Source: the human T2T-CHM13v2.0 reference genome, Homo sapiens. From it: a stretch of 64,000 bases of DNA. How positions within the stretch are numbered: position 1 is the stretch's first letter; every line of letters starts with the position of its first letter. Positions 46,660-60,282 of the stretch are shown piece after piece. Below the pieces are notes generated by a model that saw only the letters and a program-made list of their open reading frames with translations, did no database searches and was not told where the DNA came from. The stretch lies in assembly GCF_009914755.1 (NCBI RefSeq), contig NC_060925.1; one strand, given 5' to 3'. Made by a program: the position numbers and the translations under genes.

Positions 46660-47121
46660 TGTAGCAGGACGAACCGCAGACAAAACCCCTCAGACACCAA
46701 GTTGAGGAAGGAAAGGGCTTTATTTGGCCAGAAGTGTCAGCAGACTTATGTCTCAAAAAACCAAGCTCCCTGACTGAGCAATTCCTGTCCCTTTTAAGGG
46801 CTTACAACTCTAAGGGGGTCTGCATGAGAGGGTCATGATCGATTGAGCAAGCAGGGGGTACATGACTGGGGGCTACATGCACTGGTAATCAGAATGGAAC
46901 AGAACAGGACAGGGATTTTCATGATGCTTTTCCATACAATGTCTGGAATCTATAGATAACACAAGCAGTTAAGTCAGGGGTTGCTTTTAACTACCAGGCC
47001 CAGGGCGCAGTGCTGGGCTGTCTGCCTGTGGATTTCATTTGTGTCTTTTAGTTTTTACTTCTTTTTTCTTTGGAAGCAGAAATTGGGCATAAGACTATAT
47101 GAGGGGTGGTCTCCTTCCTTA
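46660..47121 (-). mobile_element. LTR2-type 3' LTR (Harlequin/HERV-E)
   Basis: Reverse complement TAAGGAAGGAGACCACCCCTCATAT...CCTGCTACA; PPT AAAGGGGGGAA adjacent on the minus strand; TSD ATAG at 46656-46659. Confidence 0.92.
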
Positions 47122-47124
47122 TTC

Positions 47125-48376
47125 CCCCCTTTGAGAACTTTACTCATTAGTAGGAGTTCTCATTTTCATCCTCACTACCCATGTCTTCTTGCAAGACAGA
47201 TTGATAGTGATTCATATAGTACACTTGTGCTGAAGCATTTTAGTGAACTAAGGTAGTGATGAAGCTTTTTAATCATTTGAAGGCGTACAGGTAGCAAACA
47301 AGGGAGTAGTAAGCAGGTTCCTATTACTATTATAATTCCTATTATAAGGGTTTTAAATCCTCCTAGCGCTGGGAACCATTTTCCAAACATGGCCCCAAGA
47401 TCAAATCCATGCCACACTTGCACAGGCACATGTGCTAGTTTTGTCATATCTCTATGTCTTCAGCTACTTGCCTTTGATCATCTATGTGTAGACAGCAATT
47501 GGTAAGGTTAAATTTCCCACAAACTCCTCTTTCAGCTGCTAGCAAGTAGTCTAGGGCTAATCTATTCTGATAAATAGCATTTCTCATCAGGGTTTCTTGC
47601 CGGGCTAAAACAGTCAAAGCTCTGCCAGTCTCATTAGTGATTATTCTAAGACAGCTTGTTAACCGTATAATCTAGTTGAGCATGTAGATGGGGGTTCAGT
47701 ATCCCTACGAGCTGTCTTGTGCCCATGTGGCAGGCCCATAGTACTGTATGATTCTTTCAGGGGGCCACTCATCATTTTTCCAATCACCTATGGCTATGCT
47801 TCTCTTTTCTCGGGAAGCATAGACAGGGAAGCCTAGGAGCTCACCTGTTTTTACAAGCAGTAGGAAAAAGGATGGCTTAATGGTGCTAATGACACAACGA
47901 CCTGCCCATTGGTCAGGTAGCTTGGTGTAGGCTCTATGCCTGCATATCCAGTATAGTCCAGCTGGAGCTGGCCAGTCCCAGTGAGACTCTGGATGGGCCC
48001 AAACAGTTTGCAACTTAGGAAACTTACTAAATGGATGCTTCTTAGTATGGTTTAGACCCCACCAGGTGACCGTTCTTAATCTTATTTCAAAAACTGTTAC
48101 CATAGAGGGCTCAGATGGGTTACAACACACATCAGGCTGGTCACTTTTTGGGCTACATACCTTGTACTGGGTGACATTATACAAACAAGTCCCTTTTAGA
48201 GTTCCAGCACATTTATAATAACTATAGAACAAAAAGACAGTTTTAACTTTTTGCCATACCTCAGTGAGCTGATGTATACACTGGGAACAGTCCCCAGTTT
48301 GAGGAAGGTCAGTTGAAGTCCTTACTGTACAAGTCCAAAATTTAAGGAAAATAAGTCCCACTGTGAGTTTCCTCAT
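47125..48376 (-). pseudogene. HERV-E-type env remnant
   Basis: Signal-peptide-like start, CSQC (CXXC), REKR furin site, IIQYYGPATWAQD, downstream [10 protein letters not shown] and CX6CC, TM helix TLIIGIIIVIGTCLLLPCLL; stop at 47705 and frameshifts. Confidence 0.88.
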
Positions 48377-48398
48377 ACTTCAGCTGTGCGTGGACCAG

Positions 48399-49050
48399 TC
48401 AGCTTCCAGGTGTGACTGGAGCAGGGCTTGTTGTCTTCTTCAGAGTCACTTTGCAAGGATTGTCTGGGCTTGGTCTCGCCTCCCAGGTCTCAGGTGCTGC
48501 GGGTTTCACATGGCTGTGGTGGATCCAGGCTGGGATTCCTTCTACTTTCACAGCTGTGGGAGTGGTCAATACAACGGTCTGGGGTCCTTTCCACCATGGC
48601 TGCAAGGGGGGCTACATTCCAATCCTTGATCCACACCCAATCACCTTTGCTGTCTTCTGTACCAGGTCAGCCACAAATGCTGACCTGTTGTCCAAGCCGA
48701 TTTGTAAGGGCAGTCCAAACCTAGGGATGAGATCTCCACAGTTGGGCATCTCAGTGAAGTCTACTTGGGGATCTTCAAAGGGGGCTGCTCCATAAGCCTA
48801 TATGCCAGGTGGGACGGTTGGACCTTGCCTAGCATTGTGCTGCTGGCAGGTGACACACTGCTGCACCACTGTTTTGGCAAGGGCTGACAGATGTGAGATG
48901 TAGAAGTACCGGCCTAACAACTTTTTAAGAGACTCTTGGCCTAGATGGGTGGTCTCATGCACAGCTAGTACGACTGCGGCTCCTAGCAGTTGTGGCATTG
49001 CTATTCTTCCATCCGATAACCAGATCCACCCTTTTTCTATCACCTGCCCT
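48399..49050 (-). pseudogene. ERV1 integrase fragments (HHCC finger and C-terminal GPY/F-like region; catalytic core not seen)
   Basis: VHETTHLG...CVTCQQHN and [31 protein letters not shown]. Confidence 0.85.
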
Positions 49051-51554
49051 CCCTCTGGTTGATGAAATGCCAGGGTGAAAGGGATAGCCAATTGGACTAA
49101 AGCACAAGTGCCACTCCAGTTATTCGGCAGAGTGTCCAGTAAATGTCCACCACAATACCACCACACATCCGCTCGGGGATGAACAAGGGCTGACTTATTG
49201 GTGAGCTCTTGAAAGTTCTTAAGTTCACTGCATCCTTTCAGGTCTCCAAGGAATGCTAAGTTTCCTCCCTGTCATGAGAGACATGAAGTGAACTTAGTGT
49301 TGGGAGACGGAAGCTGGATGGCCCTTGGGGGCTGACCCGCAGGGTGCTGAACTTCAGGATATAGCAGAGAGAGAGCTTGGCATGACTTATTACTCCAGGC
49401 TATAGAATCCTGGAAAAGAGCTACCATGCAGCCCATGTCTGGTCAACTGGAGGACCACATTAGTGGAAAGCAGACAATCTGGGCCTCTGGCCTGCCACGT
49501 GCACAAGCATAACAATTGCTTTTGTTTAATGTGCAGACGGAATATTTGATCCATTCCAACCAGGCATTTGCATCTTGGTATCCTGTCTTAATTGCCAAAG
49601 TTTGTTTTAAGTCTTTAACTTCTATGATCCTCTAGTAAAATGAATGTATGGTTTTAGGAAATTACAAAAACCGGTTGGGGCAGTCCATCCTTGCTTTTTA
49701 GTGGTCCACAGAACGTTGGACCAACTACGGCATAAAAGCTCTACATCAGGGGGCAAGACTCCTGGTTGACACTGGGGTCTTTATCAAAATCTCCTCAGAT
49801 TAAATGGTCCCAATTTACTAATGCCCAGTCTGAGGAGAGTCAGGAGGGACAGAGGTACTTTTCTGAAGTAGAGAGCTGTCTTTGACTTGGCAAGTCCCCA
49901 CAGGGTATAACAAGGCAAGCATTAAATGCAATAGTTTGAGGCAAAATTGACTTGGTTGTGTTAATAACTAGATGGTCAGCAATAGAGCGAGGAAAGAAGA
50001 AAGTATAATATAATAGATGAAAGAGTTAAATTTTTCTTAGCTTTAGTTTGGTTGGGTTTTCTCCTGGGACTATGGCCCACGACTCTGGAGGGGGTGGCAC
50101 TTTCTTGACTCAGGTGTGATGAGTCCATCCCCTTTCTGCTGTATGAACAGCAGTCTCAGTGGTTAGCAGCACAAGGTAGGGTCCTTCCCAGGCTGGCTTG
50201 AGTTTTTCTTCTTTCTACCCTTTGATGAGAATGTAATCTTCAGGCTGGTGCTGGTTTACCGGAAATTCTAGGGGTGGTACATGTGCTAAAAGACTTTTAG
50301 TTTTGAGGGAAAGGAAAGTGGAAGATAAACCAAGTATATAATTTCTAAGAAATTGACCTTTTGTTTTAAATGTGGGGACATCAGCAGCAGACTTTATAGT
50401 TCTTGGTGCCTTCTTACTGGGAAATTTCCTTTAGCACCTATTTTTATTAGTTTTTAGACCAAAGAAAGCCAAACAACATTTTATATTTGACAATGCTTTC
50501 TGTATGATTTTCAAACCAGATAAGCTAAATTTCACCTTTATATTAGTGTGTTATTAATGTTAAACTTAGTTTTAATAAAACTTTGTAGACATATTTATTC
50601 AATTTTTAATGTCTGACCATAAGGTAAGATTTTTATAGACTCTTTTTAACCTTTTATAATTTTTGTTAAAGAGCAGGTTAGTGCTTTAAGAAAAACACAT
50701 TTTGTTTTTACTTTAATGTCCAGTTCACAGAAAAACTGGATGATGCCCCTTTAACTTTAGCCAATATGTTTACACACAGAATTTCCTTTACAATTAACAT
50801 TTTAAAACTTGCTTAAACCTTCAAAACAAAAAAATTTTTTTAACCTTTTAATGTAGGTAAAAATCCACATTTTTATGCCTCCTTATAATCCTTTTACTAA
50901 AAGTATATTTTACTTTTCTTATACACCTTGCACATAAAGTGTTTCTTCAATAGTTTTACATTCAGGAGGCCTAATTACTTTTCAATTATACAACACTTCT
51001 TGCAAAAATTCCTTTTTTATAACACACTTTTTTTTTCTTCTTTCACTACTTTCACAGACAATTCTTCAACATGTCTCAACTTTCTGACTTATTGCAAACA
51101 TCCCTTTCTTTAAACAACCAGTTAATTTATTTTAGGACAAGAGTTTACTATATAACATTCTTTTTACATAAATTCTCCCCCACCTTTTTCTCTCTCTCTT
51201 TTTTTTTTTTTTTTTTTAACTTAGGATAGTTCTGAACTGGTTAGGTGTGCTTACAGTGAGGTTTCCTTTAAAAGTTATTTTTCTACTTTTTTCTATTAGC
51301 AAATCCATTGCCGCTACAGATTGAATGTGTTTGGGCCATCTGCAGGTTACCGGGTTAAGGAATTTTGATAGGAAGGCTACAGGTTGTCAGTGGCCTCAGT
51401 GCTTCCACGCTACGCCCTTGTTTACACTGACAACAAAGTGGTATTGGAGTGTTATATGGTCACAGAGAAGACCTTTAGTTATCAATTATAGGTTCTAAAT
51501 TTACCTTGGCTTTTAAAGGAATCAGGTACACTGTTTTTTTCTTAACTACTTGTA

Positions 51555-51880
51555 TATCTCTCTCTCTCTTTCTTTCTTTCTCTCTTTGACTTTCTGTCTC
51601 TCTCTCTTTTTCTTTTTGTCTCTGTCTCTTCCTCTCTCTCTGCCTCTCTCTTTCTCTCTGACTCCCTCTTTGCCTGTCTCTTTCTCTCTCTCTTCTTTTC
51701 TCTCTTTGCATCTTTTCCTCTCTCTTTCCTCTCTCTCTCTTTTCGCTCTCTCTCTCTTCCCCTCTCTTTCTCTCCTCTCTGTCTGTCTGTCTCTCTCTCT
51801 CTCTTTTTCTCTCTGCTGGTCTTTCCTTGCCTTTGCCAGCTGCTTATGCTGCTGTTCTCCTCTCTCCTTCCTCTTCCTCT
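51555..51880. repeat. About 320-bp CT-rich low-complexity tract
   Basis: Read directly. Confidence 0.95.
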
Positions 51881-52247
51881 AGGGGAGGGACCAGCGGGAG
51901 TGGAGGTACTCTTTCTTCTTGGCTGTCTGTCCCTTTGCCACTAGCACTGCTGCTGCCTGTCCTCTTAAGCACTGTGGGGGGTCTAAAACCAGCTGCAACC
52001 AAGTATCTATGTGTGGAAACTGATCTGGTCCTGATTTACCAGTTACTTTGGGCCATACCTTTGAAACTAGGGACCTGTCTAGGCTTCCTTCTGATGGTGA
52101 TCCCACCTCTAATGCCAGCCAGTCTATCTCACACAAAGCCTTAAGCTTTCCAGGTGTCATAGCAATTCCATAGTCCCCATTGAATCCTTTCTTGAAATTC
52201 TTTAACATCGTTTCTAATGGGGTAGGCTTACTTTGTGTTTTACACAT
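51879..52247 (-). pseudogene. Gammaretroviral gag matrix fragment (HERV-E-like)
   Basis: MCKTQSKPTPLETMLKNFKKGFNGDYG...LCEIDW...PSEGSLD...PDQFPHIDTW; Gly2 myristoylation residue lost. Confidence 0.85.
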
Positions 52248-52818
52248 TTTCCTCTCTCAGGAGACAGAATAACGCTCTTACCACAAAGAGGGAAGGGAAA
52301 AAGGGGCAAAAAGTCACTCACTCCACTCACTCACCAAGCAATTCACACTAAAACCAAAGCATGGATAAGGAGTTACTCATTCATCAAGCAATTTGAGCCA
52401 AGTCAGAACTGAAATCAAAGCCAAAACAGTTCAAATCCAAAAGCCAGTACCAAAATCTAAACCAAAGCAGTGTGAATCTAGTCAAAATCAAAACCAAAAC
52501 CAAGTCGCTGATAAAGGCACGCCATGGGTGATCAGGCCATGTTTCCAAGTGGGCAAGTTCCAAGACCAGTCTTACCGTGTTCCAGATGTCTGGAGTCCAA
52601 GCGCCAATTCCTTCTGGGTGTTCAGCCACTGCGTTGATCCTCCATGGGGGCCTACCGTGCACTGCTCTGGCAAGGCATTCCACCAGGGCAATTGCCTACC
52701 CGGGAGTGCTCTCAGGATTTGTGTCGCTAAAGCTGGCCAGAGTGCCCCACAGGGATGCTCCACAGGGCAGGCCTAAGCCACCTAAGGGGTTGCCTCAACC
52801 GTCCGCTAATCACCTCAC

Positions 52819-52836
52819 TTCCTGGTCGGGGCACCA
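52819..52836 (-). promoter_or_regulatory. Primer-binding site, tRNA-Glu-like
   Basis: TGGTGCCCCGACCAGGAA matches TGGTTCCCTGACCGGGAA at 15/18. Confidence 0.8.
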
Positions 52837-52841
52837 AGAAA

Positions 52842-53284
52842 TGTAGCAGGACGAGCCGCAGACAAAACCCTCAGACACCAAGTTGAGGAAGGAAAGTGCT
52901 TTATTTGGCCGGAAGCATCAGCAGACTTATGTCTCAAAAAACTGAGCTCCTCCAGTGAGCAATTCCTGTCCATTTTAAGGGCTTACAACTCTAAGGGGGT
53001 CCATATGAGAGGGTCGTGATCAATTGAGCAAGCAGGGGGTACATGACTGGGGGCTGCATGCACTGGTAATCAGAATGGAGCAGAACAGGACAGGGATTTT
53101 CACGATGCTTTTCCATACAATGTCTGGAATCTATAGATAACACAAGCAGTTAAGTCAGGGGTTGATTTTTAACTACCAGGCCCAGGGCGCAGCGCTGGGC
53201 TGTCTGCCTTTTAGTTTTTACTTCTTTTTTATTTGGAGGCAGAAATTGGGCATAAGACAATATGAGGGGTGGTCTCCTCCCTTA
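52842..53284 (-). mobile_element. LTR2-type 5' LTR
   Basis: About 94% identical to 46660-47121 apart from a deletion of about 19 bp; TSD ATAG at 53285-53288. Confidence 0.92.
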
Positions 53285-54688
53285 ATAGCAGCAATTTGTC
53301 CTAGCTGAAATATGGTAATGAGATTTAAAAAGGTTCTTTTAAAGGAGCTCAATGGTAAAAAGTCAGCTGAATTAAAAGCTAACATCCAAGATGTGTGTGT
53401 ATATGTGTGCATGTGTGTGTGTTTGTATTTAAAAGGTCTTCATGTTTTTGCTTTGTTTTTTTCTCCTAGGGCCTTGTCTTTTTTTCTTCTAGGACCTTGT
53501 CTTTTCTTCTTTTTTGAAAAAAAGTTTTTCTTAGTTGACTGAATTCCGTTTTCTTCATTTACTTCTGCTGTCTCTCCTTTCTCTTGCACCCTCTGCTGCA
53601 TGAGGGATGTAAAATAGTTTATAATAGCCTGGGGTTCCCTAAAGAAAATGGAGAAGGCACCAGGCTCCCTTTGAGGGAGAAACATGTTTTTCCTTTTTCC
53701 TTGTGGAACCCCAAGAGTGTAAACAGACAAGTTTGTCTCAGCTCTTAAACTGCTTGCTTTTGTATTGTGTCACCTGACTTACTGACTAAAATAGTTATTG
53801 CAACAGAGACTACTCTTGGACTTTTAAGGAAGAGTGTAGTTTAGACACTTAGAAATGTCTATGTTTAAAAAAAATTTTAAGTGCACTGTAAAAACATCAC
53901 GTGGTCTAGCCTCATAATAATTCTCCCTTTTTGGAGACAAAGAATTCAGTGTGGACTCTGCCTAGAGCTCAGAGATCCATTTAAAAGATAGGTAATCCCT
54001 ATCTAAATAAAATTGGGCTTCTCATACAATCTTATGATAGATTTCTATAATTTTATGTTTGATTTGACATCCATCTTTAATCTCCCTCTAGCACCACCAG
54101 ACTTTATCTCTCTGTACCTTGAGATGTAAATTTTGCTATCTGATTTTTCATCTAAGAGTTGTTTCCTTCAATATGCAGATTTACAGCTATTTAGCTGACA
54201 ACTGCCAGGATAATGAAACAGGTTATCAAGAGTTTGCAAGTCTAAGATAGGAAAAAAAAAAAAAAGGGAGATCTTAGGAATCTTTAAGATGTACTTCCAT
54301 CAGTATGCCTAATACAGCTATGTATTTATGTATTGTGTACACAATGTTTCACTTCTAAAAATATAGAAAAGAAGTCTAATTAATTGGCTTAAAGAAAAAT
54401 AAAAGCACTTAAATCAAATACTTTCTCAGAAAAAAGGAAAGACTAGTCAAATACTCTTTCAAGTTTATGTAACTTAAGTAAAATCTTTAATAAATAAGCT
54501 AGCTTTAAAAGTATTGGTAAAGTAATATTAGAACTGTCTTAAGAATTGCCAGCAAACATTTTTGTTTGCATTTATTGATCAAGCAATATCATACTTTTCC
54601 CTGGCAAATACCATAAGGTGTCAAAATTTAACACAGGGGTTATGAAACTATAAATCCAGCCCAAAACAGAATGATCTTTGCTTGTGTA

Positions 54689-54985
54689 ATTTTTTTTTTT
54701 TTTTGAGACAGAGTTTCACTCTTGTTGCCCAGGCTGGAGTGCAATGGTGTGATCTTGGCTCACCACAAACTCCGCCTCCCAGGTTCAAGCAATTCTCCTG
54801 CCTCAGACTCCTGAGTAGCTGGGATTACAGGCATGCGCCACCATGCATGGCTAATTTTGTATTTTTAGTAGAGACAGGGTTTCTCCATGTTGGTCAGGCT
54901 GGTCTCAAGTTCCCAACCTCAGGTGATCCATCCGCTTCGGCCTCCCAAAGTGCTGGGATTACAGGCATGAGCCACTGCACCTAGC
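54689..54985 (-). mobile_element. Alu with TSD CTTGTGTAATTTTT
   Basis: Read directly. Confidence 0.96.
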
Positions 54986-55515
54986 CACTTGTGTAATTTT
55001 TAATAAATAAGATATTGATACTGGTTTAATGAAAACAGCTACATCTTGAATTATTTAGTAAAATTATCATAACTTCTAATCTTATGGTTTTAGGCAATGT
55101 AGTCCACAGGCAGTAAGGTGGTTTGTTTGGGAAAAGACTTTTATCATCTTTGTTTCAAAGCTTAACTATAAACTCTCTTTCTCTCAAAGTGAATTTGACT
55201 TATGTCCAGGAATGAACAAGGACAGGTTGGAGGTTAGAAGCAAGATGGACTCAGGTCATGTCTTTTTTCACTATCTCAGTTATAATTTTGCAATGGCAAA
55301 TTTCATAAGTTTAAATGATGACTATCACAGTTTTCATAAATAATCTAGATAAACAATTAAAATAAAATAATTAGGTAAACATAATGGGATAAATACTTGT
55401 AGACAAACTTCTCATAATTTAGAATCTAAAGGTATATTAAATTAAATAATAGATATCTCAATAAAAATATATATTGTAGGAAAACATCCTTTCTTAAAAA
55501 AAAAAGTGTCCTTTT

Positions 55516-55806
55516 GGCTGGGCACAGTGGCTCACGCCTGTAATCCCAGCACTTTGAGAGACTGAGACAGGTGGATCATGAGATCAGGAGTTTGAGACCA
55601 GCCTGGCCAACATAGTGAAACCCCGTCTCTACTAAAAATACAAAAATTAGCCAGGTGTGGTGGCATGTGCCTGTAGTCCCAGCTACTCAAGAGGCTGAGG
55701 CGGGAGAATGGATTGAACTCGGGAGCGGAGGTTGCAGTGAGCAGAGACCACGTCATTGCACTCCAGCCTGGGTGACAGACTGAGACTCCATCTCAAAAAA
55801 AACAAA
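55516..55806 (+). mobile_element. Alu with TSD AAAAGTGTCCTTTT
   Basis: Read directly. Confidence 0.96.
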
Positions 55807-57621
55807 AGTGTCCTTTTTAAAAAGGTGAACAATTCGTGTCTAATTCAAAGCTTATTTAAAGGTTATGTATAAAACAATGTAAAGGGAACAAGGAAATAAC
55901 AGAGATGTAAAGAAAGTTATAGAAATAAAGAGGTATTTTTTGGTAAGAAAGCTTAGTTTTCTCTCCCCTTTTAAAAGGCATGAAATAGAAATGCTCTCCT
56001 TCAACTTATTTTCAGCTCACATAAATTTTTTTTCCCTCGAGTTATGTTTGTTGTGGCCTGATACTAACAATGTTTTCTTAAAGGTCTAAAGGAAATGTTT
56101 TCTTTCAACATAATATTCTGTACACTGCAGAAGGTCTTTTCTTTTGCTTTTTGGTAACTGGCCTAACACATTTTACATTCTATCAAAATATTTTCTATGC
56201 CATTATTATGAAGTTTTGGCTTGCTTAGAAAAAAACTGTGATAAACATTTTTAAAATTAAGGTTATTGCATCTGTGTATCTTTCTGTATGTACTTTTAAA
56301 GTCATTGTGACATTCAGTTACAGGGCTTTGACTCCTGGGTCTAAAAAGGACACCAAGTCCTGCTAAATTTTAAACCCTGACAGTAATTAAAGTCTCATCT
56401 TCAGGCCTGGTAGAAGACGCCAATCAAAATAAACTGCATTCCTGAGACACAGGGCCAGAAATTAAAGCTATTCAACTCCTCAGGGCCCAGAGACTATTGC
56501 AGAAGAGATGGGTGTGTGAGATTGTCAGGGCCAATTTGACAGATAAAATAAGTTCAGTTTTTCTATAAATTAATGATTAATGTCAAAGGCACACTGATGC
56601 AAGACACTGATGCAAGCATATGGGCCCCTGTGTCAGATTGACAAAGTTTTCTTGAAGCATTAACCAACTCCTTAATAAATGTTATAAAGTTTATAAAAGG
56701 CTTATGGAAGTTATATCTTGTAGTCAATATAAAAATTTTAGAGATTGTTTATAAAATTTTGGAAAGCAAATTTAATTGGCTTCATTCTGTTTTCATTAGG
56801 GCTTATTGTTTGGAAAATTAAGTCTCCTCTCTCAAAGAATGAAGGTTTTTGTCTTTTGTTGAAATCCTTATCACTTTTATTAAATGAATGACTTATTTTA
56901 CAATGATCTGTGATCCTATTTTGTGATACCAAGTGTTTTAAACCTTTGATATTTGACAAACTTTCCAAAATCAAATTATAAATTATGTGTTTTTCTGATC
57001 TAATTAATATTTTAAGATATTAGGTTCCCTAAAGCCCAAAAATGATATATTTGGCTTATTTGGTATAAAAATTTTACAGAAAGCATTGTCAAATATAAAA
57101 TGGTATTTGGTTTTCTTTGGGCTGTATTTGTATAAATATGTTATTGGTATGTGTTCCAAAATTGTGGAGAAACTCCTATAATTCTGATATGACTTACTGT
57201 ACATTAACAGTAATAATTATAATTGTTATGTTAAATTATTGTGTGCCACAGAAGCAACAAATTTCCTTGTGAATTGTGTCTTTGACTATGGCTGCCCTAA
57301 AACTCTTTGTCATCCACAAACAATTATTGTCTTGTTTGGGTCCTCTTTAGAAAGTGGTTTGATAATCAGCTATAAAACTCAAACAGGTACTTTTGAATGC
57401 AGGTTTCTGATAACTTTGAAGATTGTGACATCAGAATAGAGGAAAAACTTTCAGGACTCATGGAGAGCTGAAATGCTCATGAATATCAAGCAGAATAGGA
57501 ATTAACTGCATGGACTGAAGTAAAAGAAGACTGAAGTAATCTTTTTGACGTTTTGCTGAAAACGTTGCTGATCCTTTTGTTTTTCAGAGTCAAGGAAATT
57601 TTGTTTTGAGCTACTGACAGA

Positions 57622-57909
57622 TTTTTTTTTTTTTGACACAATTTTGCTCCTTTTTCCCAGGCTGCAGTGCAATGGCACAATCTTGGCTCACCACAACCTC
57701 TGCCCCCTCAGTTCAAGCGATTTTCCTGCCTCAGTCTCCCAAATAGCTGGGATTATGGCATGCACTACCATGCCTAACTTTGTATTTTTAGTAGAGACAG
57801 GGTTTCTCCATGTTGGTCAGGCTGGTCTCAAACTCCTAACCTTAAGTGATCCGCCTGCCTCATCCTCCCAAAGTGCTGGGATTACAGGTGTGAGCCACCA
57901 TGCTCAGCC
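57622..57909 (-). mobile_element. Alu with TSD containing TACTGACAG
   Basis: Read directly. Confidence 0.95.
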
Positions 57910-58456
57910 TACTGACAGCTTTTAACAATTAAATATACTCCTATGAAAAAAATTTGGAGCATATTTGTTTCTCTCTACCTGATTTCTCCAGAATTTAGAA
58001 ACTATTTGTGAACATTCTTAACTTATGACAATATTGTTATTTGCATAAGTGCAATAAGAATCTGTTTTCATTTGTAAATGAAATAGGACACCATTGGGGA
58101 AACTGGTTATTTCACCAAGGCTTTGACTGGAATGGTGTGCATTCCTGTAAGGAATCAAACTTGACTTACAGAGCCAATAAAAGTGCCTTGGGAAAGCTGG
58201 CCTCATACTTTGTACATAGTCCCTGTAGAGAGTTCCTGACCTGTGGTAAGTAAGGAATGTCACTTTCTGACAGGCCCAGGAGCCCCAAGTTATCTTGGGA
58301 CATCAAGAGGAGAAAAATTCACCCAACTTACAGGTATTTGATGGTACAAATCCATGGCTGGGCTTGGTTTTAAAAAGTCTTATCTGAGATTCCTTCTATG
58401 GAACAAAGTTCCATCAAAGCCAATTTTAAAAGCCTATGTAAAAAATAATTATTCTT

Positions 58457-59050
<594 letters not shown>

Positions 59051-59715
59051 TTTCTTGCTGCATTTTATACAAATAATCTGGCCAAGTATAATAAAGCAAA
59101 TTGGTCCTACCATGATTTCTCTTTAGTAAAAATGGGAAACTAGAGAGAGAAAAATTATGTTTCAAAAAGTATAGTATACCTGTTGTTAGATTCTAGTCTT
59201 GCCTAATGTTTTTCAATTTTTATTATTTTCTACAGTATGGTCTGAATTCTAATTTTTCCTGGATGCAAGTCTCCAAAACAATGTTTACAATTTTTTTCTC
59301 CTTTCTTTTGCTTCACCCCCCATTTTTCCCAATTTTAAATCTCTGAAAACTAGGCTATGTTTTCTTAAATCCCTGTGAACTGAATCTAGACAACTTAAAC
59401 TTAGGTAGAAAATAACAGCCATCTATTTGCATACATAAGCCACTTTCATAACTGCCTAATGATGTATGGACTTCAGAGTAATGTGGCCTATATTGATTTT
59501 CCAGGATTGTTCTTTTGTTTGTTGTTGTCTTTCTCCCTTCCTCCCCTTATTTTCTCTTCATAGGACATGAGACTTCTCAACCTGCTAAAAATGAGCTTTC
59601 CTAATAACTCTAAGAATAAACCATCCTAGCCATGAGAGATCAGAAAAAACCTGAGACCAGAGGCTCATTTTCTTATAAAATGCTTTCTCCAAAAGATTTT
59701 TTTAAAGGGGGGAGA

Positions 59716-60170
59716 TGTGAAAGGAAAATAAATTTTGGGGCCCCCAAATCACTAAGCTAAAGGGAAAAGTCAAGCTGGGAACTGCTTAGTGCAAACCTGC
59801 CTTCCATTTTGTTTAATATTCAAAGCCATCCATCTGCTCATTGAGATGAATGCATATCTGATTGCCTCCTTCGGAAAGGCTAATCAGAAACTCAAAAGAA
59901 TGCAACCATTTGTCTCTTACCTACCTGTGACCTGGAAGACTCCTCCCTGCTTGAGTTGTCCCACCTTTCTGGATGGAACCAATGTACATCCTACATATAT
60001 TGATTGATGTCTCATGTATTCCTAAAATGTATAAAACCAGCCTGTTCCCTGACCACCTTGGGCACCTGTCATCAGGACCCTCAGGCTGTGTCACGGGTGT
60101 GCATCCCCAACCTTGGCAAAATAAACTTTCTAAATTAACTAAGACCTGTCTCAGGTATTTGGAGTTCACA
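59716..60170 (+). mobile_element. MER4A1-type 3' LTR
   Basis: TGTGAAAGGAAAATAAAT...GGAGTTCACA, preceded by PPT. Confidence 0.9.
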
Positions 60171-60282
60171 CGAGGTTTTGCCATATTGGCCAGGCTGGTC
60201 TTGAACTCCTGGCCTCAAGTGATCTTCCCTCTTCCACCACCCAAAGTGCTGGGATTACAGGTGTGAGCCACTGCACCTGGCC
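60171..60282 (-). mobile_element. Split Alu, part 2 (left arm)
   Basis: CGAGGTTTTGCCATATTGGCCAGG...CCTGGCC continues from 44575. Confidence 0.93.

Larger units (their letters stand above)
47122..52841 (-). mobile_element. Harlequin-type mosaic internal region
   Basis: Gag fragment, purine tract, AT-rich segment, a second HERV-I-like env piece, integrase pieces and HERV-E env between LTR2 pair. Confidence 0.82.

Noticed and set aside
47705-48376. 223-aa env ORF as a functional syncytin- or suppressyn-like gene
   Set aside because: No true ATG at the ORF start (GTG), SU looks internally deleted, and it stops before the ISD and TM anchor
56591-56616. 13-bp tandem duplication ACACTGATGCAAG
   Set aside because: Routine slippage duplication in ERV internal sequence
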